Shown in pieces: positions 1 to 11,630 of a DNA stretch of 64,000 nt; the first letter of the stretch is position 1; the number at the start of each line of letters is the position of its first letter. A program made the position numbers and the translations under genes. Where the stretch lies: NCBI RefSeq assembly GCF_963921235.1, contig NC_086108.1:59646001-59710000 (forward strand). The letters run 5' to 3'. The notes below the pieces were generated by a model that was not told the DNA's origin, searched no databases, and saw only the letters and a list, made by a program, of their open reading frames with translations. Source of the DNA: Mobula hypostoma (lineage: Eukaryota).

Positions 1-92
1 CTTTTTTCCATTGATCTGCTTGGCCTGCTGTCCCTCCACCATTTTGTGTGTGTTACTTGGAATTCTAGCATCTGCAGTTTTTTTCTTGTTTG
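1..92 (+). mobile_element. Degenerate 3' terminal (pLTR) fragment of Penelope-like element
   Basis: gatctgcttggcctgctg...cattttgtgtgtgttacttggaattctagcatctgcag resembles the 3' end of the PLE at 19250-19335. Confidence 0.7.
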
Positions 93-532
93 CTTGCAAA
101 TTTAACTGCCTCAACCAAATCAATCGAAATGAGCATTGCTGATATTGTGAAATTAATGTAGGAACATTTAGAATTGAAATGATTGTTGACTGCAGAACAA
201 GTTAGGTTTCATAAGTGGAATCAAAAGGAATGGGAGTCCATTTAAGTGTAAGTGGCTGAATTGAAGAAGTTGTATGAGCACTGTCAGTTCAAAGGTGGCC
301 TTAATGATACACTGAGTGATCATCCAGTTTGTGGAATCTTACAAAAAGGCATTGAAAACTGGCTGCTCACTGAAGCACAGCTGAAACTTAAAAGAGCAGT
401 TGAAATACATGTCTCAATGGAAACAGCAGTCAGAGAAGCTGTCAGGAATGAAAGTGAGTGTGAACAAAATTCTAAGCAGACAACTACCTGGGCGAACAAA
501 TAGTGTTAGCATTGTGGCACGGACTCCTATAC

Positions 533-1130
533 TTTACTTTATTGTCACCAAACAATTGATACTTGGGCATACAATCATCACAGCGATATTTGATTCTGCG
601 CTTTGCGTTCCCTGGAGTACAAATCAATAGTAAATATTAAAAATTTAAATTATAAATCATCATTAGAAAATAGAAAAGGGAAAGTAAGGTAGTGCAAAAA
701 AGCAGGTCCGGATATTTGGAGGATACGGCCAGATCCGGGTCAGGATCCATTCAGCAGTCTAATCACAGTTGGAAAGAAGCTGTTCCCAAATCTGGCCATA
801 TGAGTCTTCAAGCGCCTGAGCCCTCTCCCGAAGGGAAGAGGGATGAAAAGTGTGTTGGCTGGGTGGGTCGTGTCCTTGATTATCCTGGCAGCATTGCTCC
901 AACAGCGTGCGGTGTAAAGTGAGTCCAAGGACGGAAGATTGGTTTGTGAGTTGTGCTGGGCTGTATTCACGGTCTTCTGCAGCTTCTTCTGGTCTTGGAC
1001 AGGACAAATTCCATACCAGGTTGTGGGGCACCCTAGAAGAATGTTTTCTACGGTGCATCTATAAAAATTAGTAAGGGTTTTAGGGGACAGGCCAAATTTC
1101 TTTAGCTTTCTCAGGAAGTAAAGGCGCTGG
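533..1130 (-). mobile_element. 5'-truncated Rex1/Babar-type LINE 3' fragment inserted in Gypsy gag
   Basis: ORF 740-1231 QRLYFLRKLKKFGLSPKTLTNFYRCTVENILLGC...SFFPTVIRLLN is typical Rex1 C-terminus; AATAAA near 3' end; Gypsy sequence rejoins across it. Confidence 0.85.
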
Positions 1131-1381
1131 ACCAGACCAATACAGGTTTCGTGGTGAAACTTGCAGAAAATGCAACAAAGTAGGACACATACAAAAAGCA
1201 TGTCAGGCAGACAAAAGTAAATGTACTGCACCTGGAAGAAAAAAAGCTAAAAAGTCAAGTTGCAGTTTCAAAAAGAGCACTAATCTGCATGCTATTGATG
1301 AAAGATCAAATAATGATGACATATAGACAGGACTGGGTAGCCTTGAGATTTATAATATGAAAAGTAACAATAGATAAGCAA

Positions 1382-1486
1382 CATACATCAAAGTTGCTGG
1401 TGAACGCAGCAGGCCAAGCAGCATCTATAGGAAGAGGTGCAGTCGACGTTTCAGGCCGAGACCCTTCGTCAGGACTAACTGAAGGA
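1382..1486 (-). mobile_element. Short PLE pLTR insertion with 10-bp target-site duplication
   Basis: agataagcaa at 1372-1381 and 1487-1496; body near-identical to 15957-16079. Confidence 0.85.
1441..1476 (-). ncRNA. Minimal type-I hammerhead ribozyme motif (PLE-type)
   Basis: Minus strand reads AGTC-CTGACGA-AGG gtctcgg CCT-GAAAC-GTC-GACT: stem I AGTC/GACT, CUGANGA core, stem II AGG/CCT, GAAA, palindromic ACGT in place of helix III, GUC cleavage triplet. Confidence 0.8.
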
Positions 1487-2820
1487 AGATAAGCAATTTG
1501 GCTTTCACAAGAAGTGAATGGTAAATTAATGAAAATGGAATTTGACACTGGCTCAGTTGTTTCAGTTCATTTCACAAAATGAGTTGAATTGGCATTTCAA
1601 AGGTACTGAACTGAAAATATCCAGCTGAGGATTTTTAGTGGAGAAAAGATAACTCCTGTGAGAATGACTTTTGTAACAGTGAAATACAGCAGCCAACAAG
1701 CCACATTGGGCTTGTATGTGATAAAAAAAACATTAGGGGGGGCATGATTCGCTGAGACAGCTACAACTCAATTGGAGATCTATCCACTATTTGCATTCCA
1801 CGTACCCTGCAAAAGAGCCAACTGCAAGGGAATTAAGAAAGGTACTGGATGATGTGACAGGAGTATTCAGGGATGGCACTGGAAAACTCAAACATATAAA
1901 GGGTAAAACAGTGTTAAATGGAAATACCACACTCAGGTTTTACAAAGCCTGTTGGGTTCCCTATACCATCCGTGATAAAGAAGCCAGTGAAGCTGAGGAT
2001 CACATGGAAGCTGAAGGCGTTCTATCCATGGTTGAGTGGAGCCCATAGGCATCACCAGTGTTTCCAGTAGCCAAGAAGAATGAATCTGTGAGGATCTATG
2101 GTGATTTTAACGTCACCATCAACCCAGTACTGAAAGTAGACCAATAACCCCAGCTTAGGGTAGAGGATATCTTTGAAAACATTTCTGGAAGGAATCGTTT
2201 CACCAAAGTGGGCTTAGCTGAGGCCTACTTGCAGATGGAGATGGAAGAAGAGTCCAAAGTATTTCACACAAATGGCTTTATTGCTATAATAGACTTATTT
2301 ATGCACCAATACTCTGGCCGAAAGCTGTGGACCAGGGGCTGCAAGGCAGTCCAGGCACTCAGTGCTACCTGGATAACATTATTGTAACCGGGAAGGATCA
2401 CAAGGAACATCTCTGAAATCTCAAGTTTGTTAAATATATTATAATAATATAGGCTCGGGGCACAACATAAGAAGTGTGAATTCTTTAAACCAATCACCAT
2501 CAACATACAAGGATTACACAAGTGTGCTCAGAAAATTCAAGCCGTCACAGATGCCCCAAGGCCAAAATTTGTAGCCATTTTTGGGATTTTTCTGTTTCTA
2601 TAACAGGTTCCTGCCAAACATGGTTACTGTGCTCTCCCTTGAACTCATTACTGCATATTGGATATTGGAAGAAATGGCAATGGACAAAGCAATGTGAGGT
2701 GACTTTCAAAAAGGTAAAGGAAATGGTGACGCCACTGTACACACACATTATGATTCTCATTGTCGAAGCTTGCCAATGATGCCTCTCTTTAAGGTATAGG
2801 TGCAGTCATGTCACACGTTA

Positions 2821-5800
2821 AACATAGAACATAGAAAAACGACAACACTATACAGGCCTTTCGGCCCACAATGCTGTGCTGAACATGTACTGACTTCAGA
2901 AATTACCTAGGGTTACCCATTGCCTCTGTTTTTCTGAGTTCCATATACGTACCTGTCCAGGAGTCTCTTAAAAGACCCTATCTTATCATCCACCTCCACC
3001 AACATCGCTGGCAGCCCATTCCACGCACTCACCACTCTCTGCGTAAAAAACTTACCCCTGACATCTCCTTTGTACCCACTTCCAAGCACTTTAAAATTGT
3101 GCCCTCTCATGTTAGCCATCTCAGCCCTGGAAAAAAGCCTCTGACTCTCCACATGATCAATGCTTCTCATCATCTTATACACTCTGTTAGGTCACCTTTC
3201 ATCCTCTGTTGCTCAAAAGGCCAAGTTCATTCAACCTATTTTCATAAGGCATGCTCCCCAATCCAGGCAACATCCTCGTAAATCTCTTCTGAACACTTTC
3301 TACAGTTTCCACATCCTTCCTGTAGTGAGGTGACCAGAAATGAGCACAGTACTCCAAGTGGGGTCTGACCAGGGTCCTATATAGCTGTAAAATTACATTT
3401 CAGCTCTTGAACTCAATTCCACAGTTGATGAAAGCCAATGCACCTTATGCCTTTTTAACCACACAATTAACCTGCGCAGCAGCTTTGGGCATCCTCTGGA
3501 CTCAGACCCCAAGATCCCTCTGATCCTCCACACTGCCAAGTGTCTTACCATTAATACTATATCCTGCCATCATATTTGACCTACTAAAATGAACCACCTC
3601 ACACCTATCTGGGTTGAACTCCATCTGCCACTTCTCAGCCCTGTTTTGCATCCTATCAATGTCCCGCTGTAACCTCTGACAGCCCTCCACACTATCCTTA
3701 ACACCTCCAACCTTTGTGTCATCACCAAACTTACTAACTCATCCCTCCACTTTCTCATCCAGGTCATTTATAAAAATCACAAAGAGAAGGGGTCCCAGAA
3801 CAGATCCCTGAGGCACACCATTGGTCACCAACCTTCGTGCAGAATTTGACCCGTCTACAACCACTCCTCGCCTTCTGTGGACAAGCCAATTCTGGATCCA
3901 CAAAGTAAGGTCCCCTTGGATCCTATGCCTCCTTACTTTCTCAATAAGCCTTGCATAGGGTACCTTATCAAATGCCTTGCTGAAATCCATATACACTATA
4001 TCTACTGCTCTACCTTCATCTATCTGTTTAGTCACATCCTCAGAAAATTCAATCAGGCTCATAAGGCATGACTTGCCTTTGACAAAGCCATGCTGACTAT
4101 TCCTAATCAGACTATTCCTAATCAAACTATTCCTCTCCAAGTGTTTATAAATCCTGCCTCTCAGGATCTTCTCCATCAACTTACCAAACACTGAAGGAAG
4201 GCTCACTGGTCTATAATTTCCTGGGCTATCTCTATTCCCTTTCTTGAATAAAGGAACAACATCTGCAACCCTCCAATCCTCTGGAACCTTTCCCATCCCC
4301 ATTGATCATTTAAAGATCATTGCCAGAGGCTCAGCAATCTCCTCCCTCGCCTCTCACAGTAGCCTGGGGTACATCTCGTCCGGTTCCGGAGACTTATCCA
4401 ACTTGATGCTTTCCAAAAGCTCCAGCACATCCTCTTTCTTAATGTCTATAGGATCAAGCTTTTCCATCCGCTGTAAGTCATTCCTACAATCGCAAAGATC
4501 CTTTTCCGTAGTGAATACTGAAGCAAAGTATTCATTAAGTACCTCTGCCATCTCCTCCAGTTCCATACACACTTTTCCACTGTCACACTTGATTAGTACT
4601 ATTCTCTCATGTCTTGTCCTCTTGCTCATCATATACTTGTAGAATGCCTTGGGGTTTTCTTTAATCCTGCTCACCAAGGCCTTCTCATGGCCCCTTCTGG
4701 CTCTCCTAATTTCATTCCTAAGCTCCTTCCTGCTAGCCTTATAATCTTCTAGATCTCTGTCATTACCTAGTTTTTTGAACCTTCAAGCTTTTCTTTTCTC
4801 CTTGACTAGATTTTCAACAGCCTTTGTACACCACGGTTCCTGTACCCTACCATCCTTTCCCTGTCTCATTGGAATGTACCTTGCAGAGACCTGACACCTG
4901 ACCAGGTTCATTTCGCAATACCAGATCAAGTACAGCATCTCCTCTTGCAGGCTTTTACGCATATTGTGTCACGAAACCTTCCTGAACACACCTAACAAAC
5001 TCCACCCTATCTAAACCCCTTGGTCGAGAGAGACGCCAAACAATATATGGGAAATTATAATCTCCTACCATGACGACCCAGTTATTATTACACCTTTCCA
5101 GAATCTGTCTCCCTATCTGCTCTTCAATGTCCCTGTTACTATTGGGTGGTCTATAAAAAACACCCAGTAGAGTTATTGATCCCTTCCTGTTTCTAACTTC
5201 CACCCACAGAGTCTCAGTAGACAATCCCTCTATGACTTCCTCCTTTTCTGCAGCCGTGACACTATCTCTGATCAGCAGTGCCATGCCCCCACCTCTTTTG
5301 CCTCCTTCCCTGTCCTTTCTGAAACATCTAAAGCCTGGCACTCTAAGTAACCATTCCTGCCTCTGATCCATCCAAGTCTCTGTAATGGCCACCACATCAT
5401 AGCTCCAAGTACTGATCCAGGCTCAAAGCTCATCTGCTTTGTTCATGATACTCCTTGCATTAAAATAGACACATCTCAAACAATTGGTCTGAGTGTATCC
5501 CTTCTCTATCACCTGCCTATCCTCCCTCTCGCACTCTCTCCAAGCTTTCTGTATGTGTGAGCCAACTGCCCCTTTCTCCATCTCTTCAGTTCGGTTCCCA
5601 CCCCCAGCAATTCTAGTTTAAACTCTCCCCAATAGCCTTAGCAAACCTCCCTGCCAGGATATTGGTCCCCCTGGGATTCAAGTGCAACCCGCCCTTTTTG
5701 TACAGTCACACCTGCCCCAAAAGAGACCCAATGATCCAGAAATCTGAAGCCCTGCCCCCTGCTCCAATCCCTCAGCTACACATTTATCTTCCAACCCACT

Positions 5801-6080
5801 CTATTCCTATACTCACTGTCGCATGACACAGGCAGTAATCCCGAGATTACTACCTTTGAGGTACTGCTTCTCAGCTTCCTTCTTAACTCCCTGTAGTCTG
5901 TTTTCAGGACCTCCTCCTTATTCCTACCTATGTCTTTAGTACCAATATGTACCACAACCCCTCTGGCTGTTCACCTTCCCACTTCAGGATATCGTGGACG
6001 CAATCAGACACATCCCTGACCTTGGTACCTAGGAGACAAACTACCATCTGTGTATCTTTCCTGCGTCCACAGAATCACCT
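2821..6080 (-). mobile_element. CR1 LINE: ORF1 SGNH-esterase part, ORF2 APE+RT, 3' UTR; decayed
   Basis: EN VAITETW...GVFYRPP...GDYN (4955-5395); RT YRPVSL...QHGF...[12 protein letters not shown]...[10 protein letters not shown] (3739-4302); C-term RGHNFKV...FFTQRVV; ORF1 FLDHW...GLHLNPRGTNILA (~5620-5760); aacatagaacatag tail; ~225 bp internal deletion near 4888 relative to the 33838 copy. Confidence 0.93.
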
Positions 6081-7092
6081 GTTTAACCATTACTGATCAA
6101 CAACTAGTGACCATTTTCAACCTACAGAAGGCTGTTCCATTAACAGCAGCATCATGTATGCAGAGATGGGTTCTGATTTTTGAAGTTCACTTGGATCTTC
6201 TCAAACCCAATCTCAGAAGGATTATGCAGGAAAAACAGCTGAGACAAATTGAAAGCTCCTCTAAACAAGAAGGTTTGATATTTCATTCCTGGATAAACAG
6301 TCTTGGTGAGGGACTACAGACTTGATCAAGAGTGGGTACTTGGGAAAGATTAAGGACAGAAATGAACCATTTTCAGTTGAAATTGTGTCTGGTATCATCT
6401 GGAAATGACACATTGATCAGCCAAGTAGAGCAGAGGAAAATGTCAGAGAAGAAATGTGTCCAGAGCTGTCAGATTCACTTCCTGCAGTCCGGAATCAACT
6501 CCTACAGCCACCACAGAGGTGATCCCAGAACCTGAGATTGTTTCTCAGCCACAAGATTCTCTTGCCAAGCAGAGTGATGCCCCTTGTCAGGAAAGACATT
6601 ATTCAACAAGAGTGGGAAAGTTTCACCGTGATTAAATCTTTAGGCCCAAATGAGACAATTTTAAAATTTACTATACTGTGGATGTCTGTATAGTAGTTGT
6701 ATTATATTGTGTATTGTGTGTATAGTAGTGATGCATTCTATATTGAGTTGGATTCTATATTGTGGCTCACTTCAAGTAAAAAATGAAGTTAGACTCATAT
6801 TCCTGGCTGTCTCGTTTCAATTACAAAGTCAAATTAAGCATTTTGTAATCTCTTCACTACTTATGGGTAAAATATAGGTTACAATAAGATTTCACGAAGT
6901 GTGAAGGCCAAGAGACCAATTGGCACTGAATTACATCAGCTGTCTGCTCTCCTGTTCTGTGGTTGCACAGCTTCCAATGCCCTTGTTCAGAAAACCTTTC
7001 CCTCTGTCCAAACAGTTGTGATGACCAGAGTCAATTATGAGTATGAAAATTTTGAATAATGTTTGATTTAAAGGAAGAAGAGGCAAAGCAGA

Positions 7093-7868
7093 GTAATGAT
7101 GGCTCTAATCGGTCACTCCTTTGCTTGCATCTTTGGAAACAGCTCTATTTCCATCTTTAATATCTTTACTTTTCCCTTTCAGGGTCTTTTGAAGACCCTG
7201 ACCTGAAGTTACATGCTGACTTCAGTTCTTTGCAGGAATGGGACCCACTCTCGGGGTTTCCCAACCGGCCGTTGTTCGGCACGCCAAGGGCTCATCCTAA
7301 GAGTCCGGCTCGGATTTGGAAGCTCTGGAGATGGTGGATCTAGGGTCAGTGTCATGGCAGGAGACCTGTGTGTTGTCGGGGCAGTCAGGATATCTGCGAC
7401 TGGGTGCCCGGAGACCCGAGATCTTTGAGATCTGGAGCACAGAGCTCAAAAAAAGTGACATAACAGACTTTTAACATTGTGAACCAACGAGTTGTTTGTT
7501 ATGTTTCTCTGCTTGCTGGGAAAACAGAGACTCCTCCTTTTCCCTTACTAGGGAGAGAGAGGGCAGTTGGTGTGTCATATACCGGGTGAAATGCGTAGTC
7601 TTTGGGGTAACTGCAAGTCTGCGTCCTTGCTATTGCTTTGCTCACGCTTGAGTGCTCGGTGGGTGGGGGGGATTGTTGTTTGCTGGTGCTTATGCGTGGG
7701 AGGCAGGGGAGCTGGCGGGACTTTGGGGTTCTAACAGTTAACTGTCCTTTATTCTTTGGAGAACTCCTCTGTTTTCGGACGGTTGCAAAGTAAAAGCATT
7801 TCAGGATGTATATTGTATACATATCTCTGACATTAAGTTGGACCTTTGAACCTTTGAACCTTTGAAAT
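7093..7868 (+). mobile_element. Non-coding, non-autonomous retroposon with (CCTTTGAA)3 tail
   Basis: Starts ATGATGGC, ends ...ctctgacattaagttgga-cctttgaa x3; no recognisable ORF; resembles 7886-8770 at both ends. Confidence 0.55.
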
Positions 7869-7885
7869 AGAGAGGAGCGGAGCTG

Positions 7886-8222
7886 AAGATGGTGCCAGAG
7901 AGTGACTTCTCCTAGCCCATCAGTGAAACACTTAAATACTTCCTCTTCTAATGTCTCTATTTTCTTTTTCAGAGTGGTGGGGTCCTGTTGTTATTTTTGA
8001 TCTATAGTGGCACTTATACGGTGGCTCTGCTTAGTAGTGTGTTCCCATTCTTGGAGCTTACCGATCGGCTGCATTTTCCATATGTCCGTGTTCGGCCTCA
8101 GTCGGGTGCCTTCGAGGTGCGGCCTTGCATGGCCCTGTGGACACAAATTCTCACCAGTGTTGTGAAGTGAACCGGGACATTGAAGACAGTAAAAGTGGCT
8201 GTCGGAGACCTCTGCACTCGAT

Positions 8223-8284
<62 letters not shown>

Positions 8285-8770
8285 CTCCTCTCTCCTCTCT
8301 CTCCTCTCTCTCCTCTCTCTCCTCTCTCTCCTCTCTCTCCTCTCTCTCCTCTCTCTCCTCTCTCTCCTCTCTCTCCTCTCTCTCCTCTCTCTCCTCTCTC
8401 TCCTCTCTCTCTTTCTCTCTCCTCTCTCTCTTTCTCTCTCCTCTCTCACTCTCTCTCTCTCTCTCTCTTGATAGTGAATGAGAGTTTGCTGCTGATTCTC
8501 AAGTCGGGGAATTCGAAATGAAAGTAGCGCCTCAGACTGACTAGAACATTGAAACAGTGACTGCTTGTCTCCTGTTTTGTTGTGACTAGAGTAAGTGGTG
8601 GGAGAGGGAGGAGTAGAGTTGATGCTGCTTGTGTCTGGGAGATGGATAGAGGGCTTTGGGGTTCTAATGTTTTTTTCTATCATTGGTGTTTTTTTTCTTT
8701 TTTAAGGATGTCTGTGGAGAGTGAGAATTTCAGGTTGTGTATTGTAATTAGAACCATTGATCCATTGAAA
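7886..8770 (+). mobile_element. Related non-autonomous retroposon containing a microsatellite
   Basis: Starts GAAGATGGTG; 3' motifs ctttggggttctaa and atttcagg.tgt.tattgta shared with preceding element; ccattga repeat tail. Confidence 0.5.
8225..8468. repeat. Compound (TC)n / (TCCTCTCTC)n microsatellite
   Basis: Directly visible pyrimidine tract of ~244 bp. Confidence 0.97.
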
Positions 8771-9314
8771 TAAAAATAAAAGAACAATAAAAAAATAATA
8801 AATTCATTACAAATAATGTTAAGGTTATGTAATTAATTAAAAAGAAGCAGAAGGTGTTCCATAATGCCTTCCAACCTCTGGAACAGTCAGATTGTAGCTC
8901 CCTTTAAGAGAAGTGGACTTCTATGGAACAGGATGTCTAGCTGGTAATGACTGCTAGTTACTCACAATACTGGGTATCCTATTGAAGTGATAGGACAATG
9001 ATTAATGCAATTAGTTGTGACTGCATGTAACAATTGTGAAAATGAGAAGAAGTTGGCACAGTGCCTCGATCAGAAGCAACAGTTTAATTGTAAAAAAAGA
9101 TCCTTGCACCTATTTGTGGAGGCTATTTATTTTTTCCCTCTTCAGTTGGAGCCTTTATTTCAGAAAATAAAACAAATTTGTTTTGCTTTTGCCATAATTT
9201 TGAGTAAGGATCAATTTTGTAGCTGCTTTTGCAGTGATAATGCCTTCTACCTGGTATCCTGATGTTTAGATTATACAGGTCAGTCTATTATTCATTTCTA
9301 TTGTTGCTGCTCCG

Positions 9315-9768
9315 AAATATGATTATGAAGACATGTAATCCTTTTTTATTGTCATTTAGTAATGCATGCATTATGAAATGATACATTATTTCCTCCGGTG
9401 TGATATCACAAAACACAGGATGAACCAAGACTGAAAACACTGACAAAACCACATAATTATAACATATAGTTACAACAGTGTAACAATACCATAACTTGAT
9501 GAAGAAGTCCATGAGCACAGTAAATTTCAAAGTTTCTCAAATGTCCCACATCTCACACAGACGGGAGAAGGAAGAAAAATTCTCCCTGCTATGCCGACCG
9601 CAATCCGACTCTGAGTCATCTGAAAACTTCGAGCTCTGATCAGCTCTCCGACACTGGGTACTGAGCACCAGCTCTGTCCAAACAACTTGACCTCCTTCTA
9701 GGTTGCCAAAAGCAGGCAAGGCCGGGGATTTTGTGGCCTACCCTCCGAAAGATTCACGACCACACAGA
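9315..9768 (-). mobile_element. 3' part of non-autonomous retroposon or LINE UTR
   Basis: Minus strand ends aatgacaataaaaaaggattacatgtcttcataatc; CpG-containing non-coding body. Confidence 0.45.
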
Positions 9769-9830
9769 AATTGTATATTTTCAGTGTTTTACCTACAAAT
9801 CTCCTTAAACTTCATCCTAAGCTTTTTCAC

Positions 9831-11630
9831 CATAAGACATAGGAGCATAATTAGGTCATTCCACCCACCAAATCTGCTCCATCATTCTATCATGGATGAT
9901 TTCTTATCCCTCTCAACCCCATTCTCCCCCCTTCTCCCTGTAACCTTTGACACCCTGATAAATCGAGAACCTATGAACCTCCATCTTAAATACACCCAAT
10001 AACTTGGCCTGCACAGACACCTGGAGCAATGAATTCCACAGATTCACCACCCTCTGGCTAAAGAAATTTTTTCTCATCTTTCTAAATGGCCATTCTTCAA
10101 TTTCAAGGCTAAGCTCACTGCTCTTTGACTCCTACACTATAGAAAATATACTCTCTAAATCCACTCAATCAAGGCCTTCGATAGGTTTCAATGCGATGCC
10201 CCTCATTCTTCTAAACTCTAACAAGTACAGGCCCAGAACAATCAAATGCTCTTTTTATACATTAACTCTTTCATTCCTGGGATCATCCTCAGATATCCCG
10301 TCTGCCACTTTGTTGCCTATTCCCCAAAATCTGTATAGGTCCTTCTATAGACACTCTGCTTCCTCAACAATACCTGCCTCTCCAATTATCTTTGTATTAT
10401 CTGCAAACCTGGCCACAAAACCATCAATTCCTTCATCCAAATCATTAACATATAATGTGACAATAAGTGGTTCTAATACTGAGCCTTATGGCACACCAAT
10501 AGTCACCAACAGCCAACCAGAAAAAGCCCCCTTTATTCCCACTCGTTGCCTCCTGTGATTCACCAAAATTCTGCCTATGCTAGTACCTTTCCTGTGATAC
10601 AATAGGCTTCTATCTTAGCAACACATATCAAAGTTGCTGGTGAACGCAACTTTGGTCATGTTTAGGCTTTTACCTTGTTAAGCAGCCTCATGTGTGGCAC
10701 CTTGTCAAAGGCCTTCTGAAAGTCCAAGAAAGCAACAGCCACTGATTCTCTTTTGTCCATCCTGCCTATTATTTCCTCAGAGAATTCCAACAGATTTATC
10801 AGACCAGATTTGCCCTTTAGAAAACTATGCTGACTTTGGCCTGTTTTATCAAGTATCATAATAGACTCCAACATCTTTTCAACCACTGAAGTCAGGCTAC
10901 CAGGCCTATAATTTCCTTTCTTCTGCCTCCCTTCCTTGTTAAAGAATGGAGTGATATTTGCAATTTTCCGGTCCTCAGGAACTATACCAGAATGTACTGA
11001 TTCTCAAAAGACCATTATTAATGCCTCCACAAAATCTTCAGCTGCCTCTTTCAGAACTCCGGGGTGACATCTGTCTAGTCCGGGTGATCTATCTACCTTC
11101 AGACTTTTCAGATTTCCAAGCCCTTCTCCTCAGTAATAACAATGACATTCACCTCTGTCCCCTGACACTCCTGCATTTCTGGCATACCACTAGTGTCTTC
11201 CAGAGTGAAGACTGATGCAAAACACTTATTCAGTTCATCTGCCATTTCTTCGTCCCCCATTACTACCTCTACAGTGCCATTTTCCGGTGATCCAACATCA
11301 TCTAATCTTTTCTCTTTGTTACTCCTTATGTATCTGACAAAACATTGTATTCCTCTTTTCTATTATTGGCTTACTTTCGTATTTTAACTTTTCTCTCTTT
11401 ATGGCTTTTTTAATTACCTTCTGTTGTGTTTTAGAAGTTTTCCTATCCCCTACATTTCCATTATTTTTTTACTATATTAAATGCCTTCTCTTTAGCTTTT
11501 ATGCTCTCTTTAACTTCGCCAGCCATGGTTGCCTCATCCTCCCTATAGAATACTTTGTCTTTAGGATGTATCTTTCCTGCTCCTTCTGAATTTCCCCCAG
11601 AAACACCAGCCATCGCTGTTCTGCCATCAT
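9831..11630 (-). mobile_element. CR1 LINE ORF2 fragments plus 3' UTR
   Basis: QHSFLKGKS...FLDFQKAFDKVPH (10662-10886); cataagacataggagca tail; internal deletions. Confidence 0.88.
10617..10662 (-). mobile_element. 46-bp fold-back PLE pLTR micro-insertion
   Basis: agcaacacatatcaaagttgctggtgaac then inverted gcaactttgg; flanked by taggcttctatctt (10603-10616) and taggcttttacctt (10663-10676). Confidence 0.7.

Larger units (their letters stand above)
93..6760 (+). mobile_element. Decayed Ty3/Gypsy LTR retrotransposon internal region (gag-PR-RT-RNaseH, integrase core missing), split by three insertions
   Basis: gag-like VAELKKLYEHCQF...VCGIL (252-503); CCHC knuckle CRKCNKVGHIQKAC (~1162-1203); protease FDTG (DTG 1544-1552); RT PVAKKNESVRIYGDF and CYLDNIIV (~2363-2386); RNaseH NDAS..GIGAVMSH (~2775-2817) resuming ITDQQLVTIF...MQRW at ~6081; post-integrase LDLLKPNL. 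Many stops and frameshifts; no LTR recognised. Confidence 0.88.

Noticed and set aside
7991..8683. 230-aa R/E-rich ORF and antisense S/L-rich ORF 8125-8481
   Set aside because: Products of the TC microsatellite, which lacks stop codons
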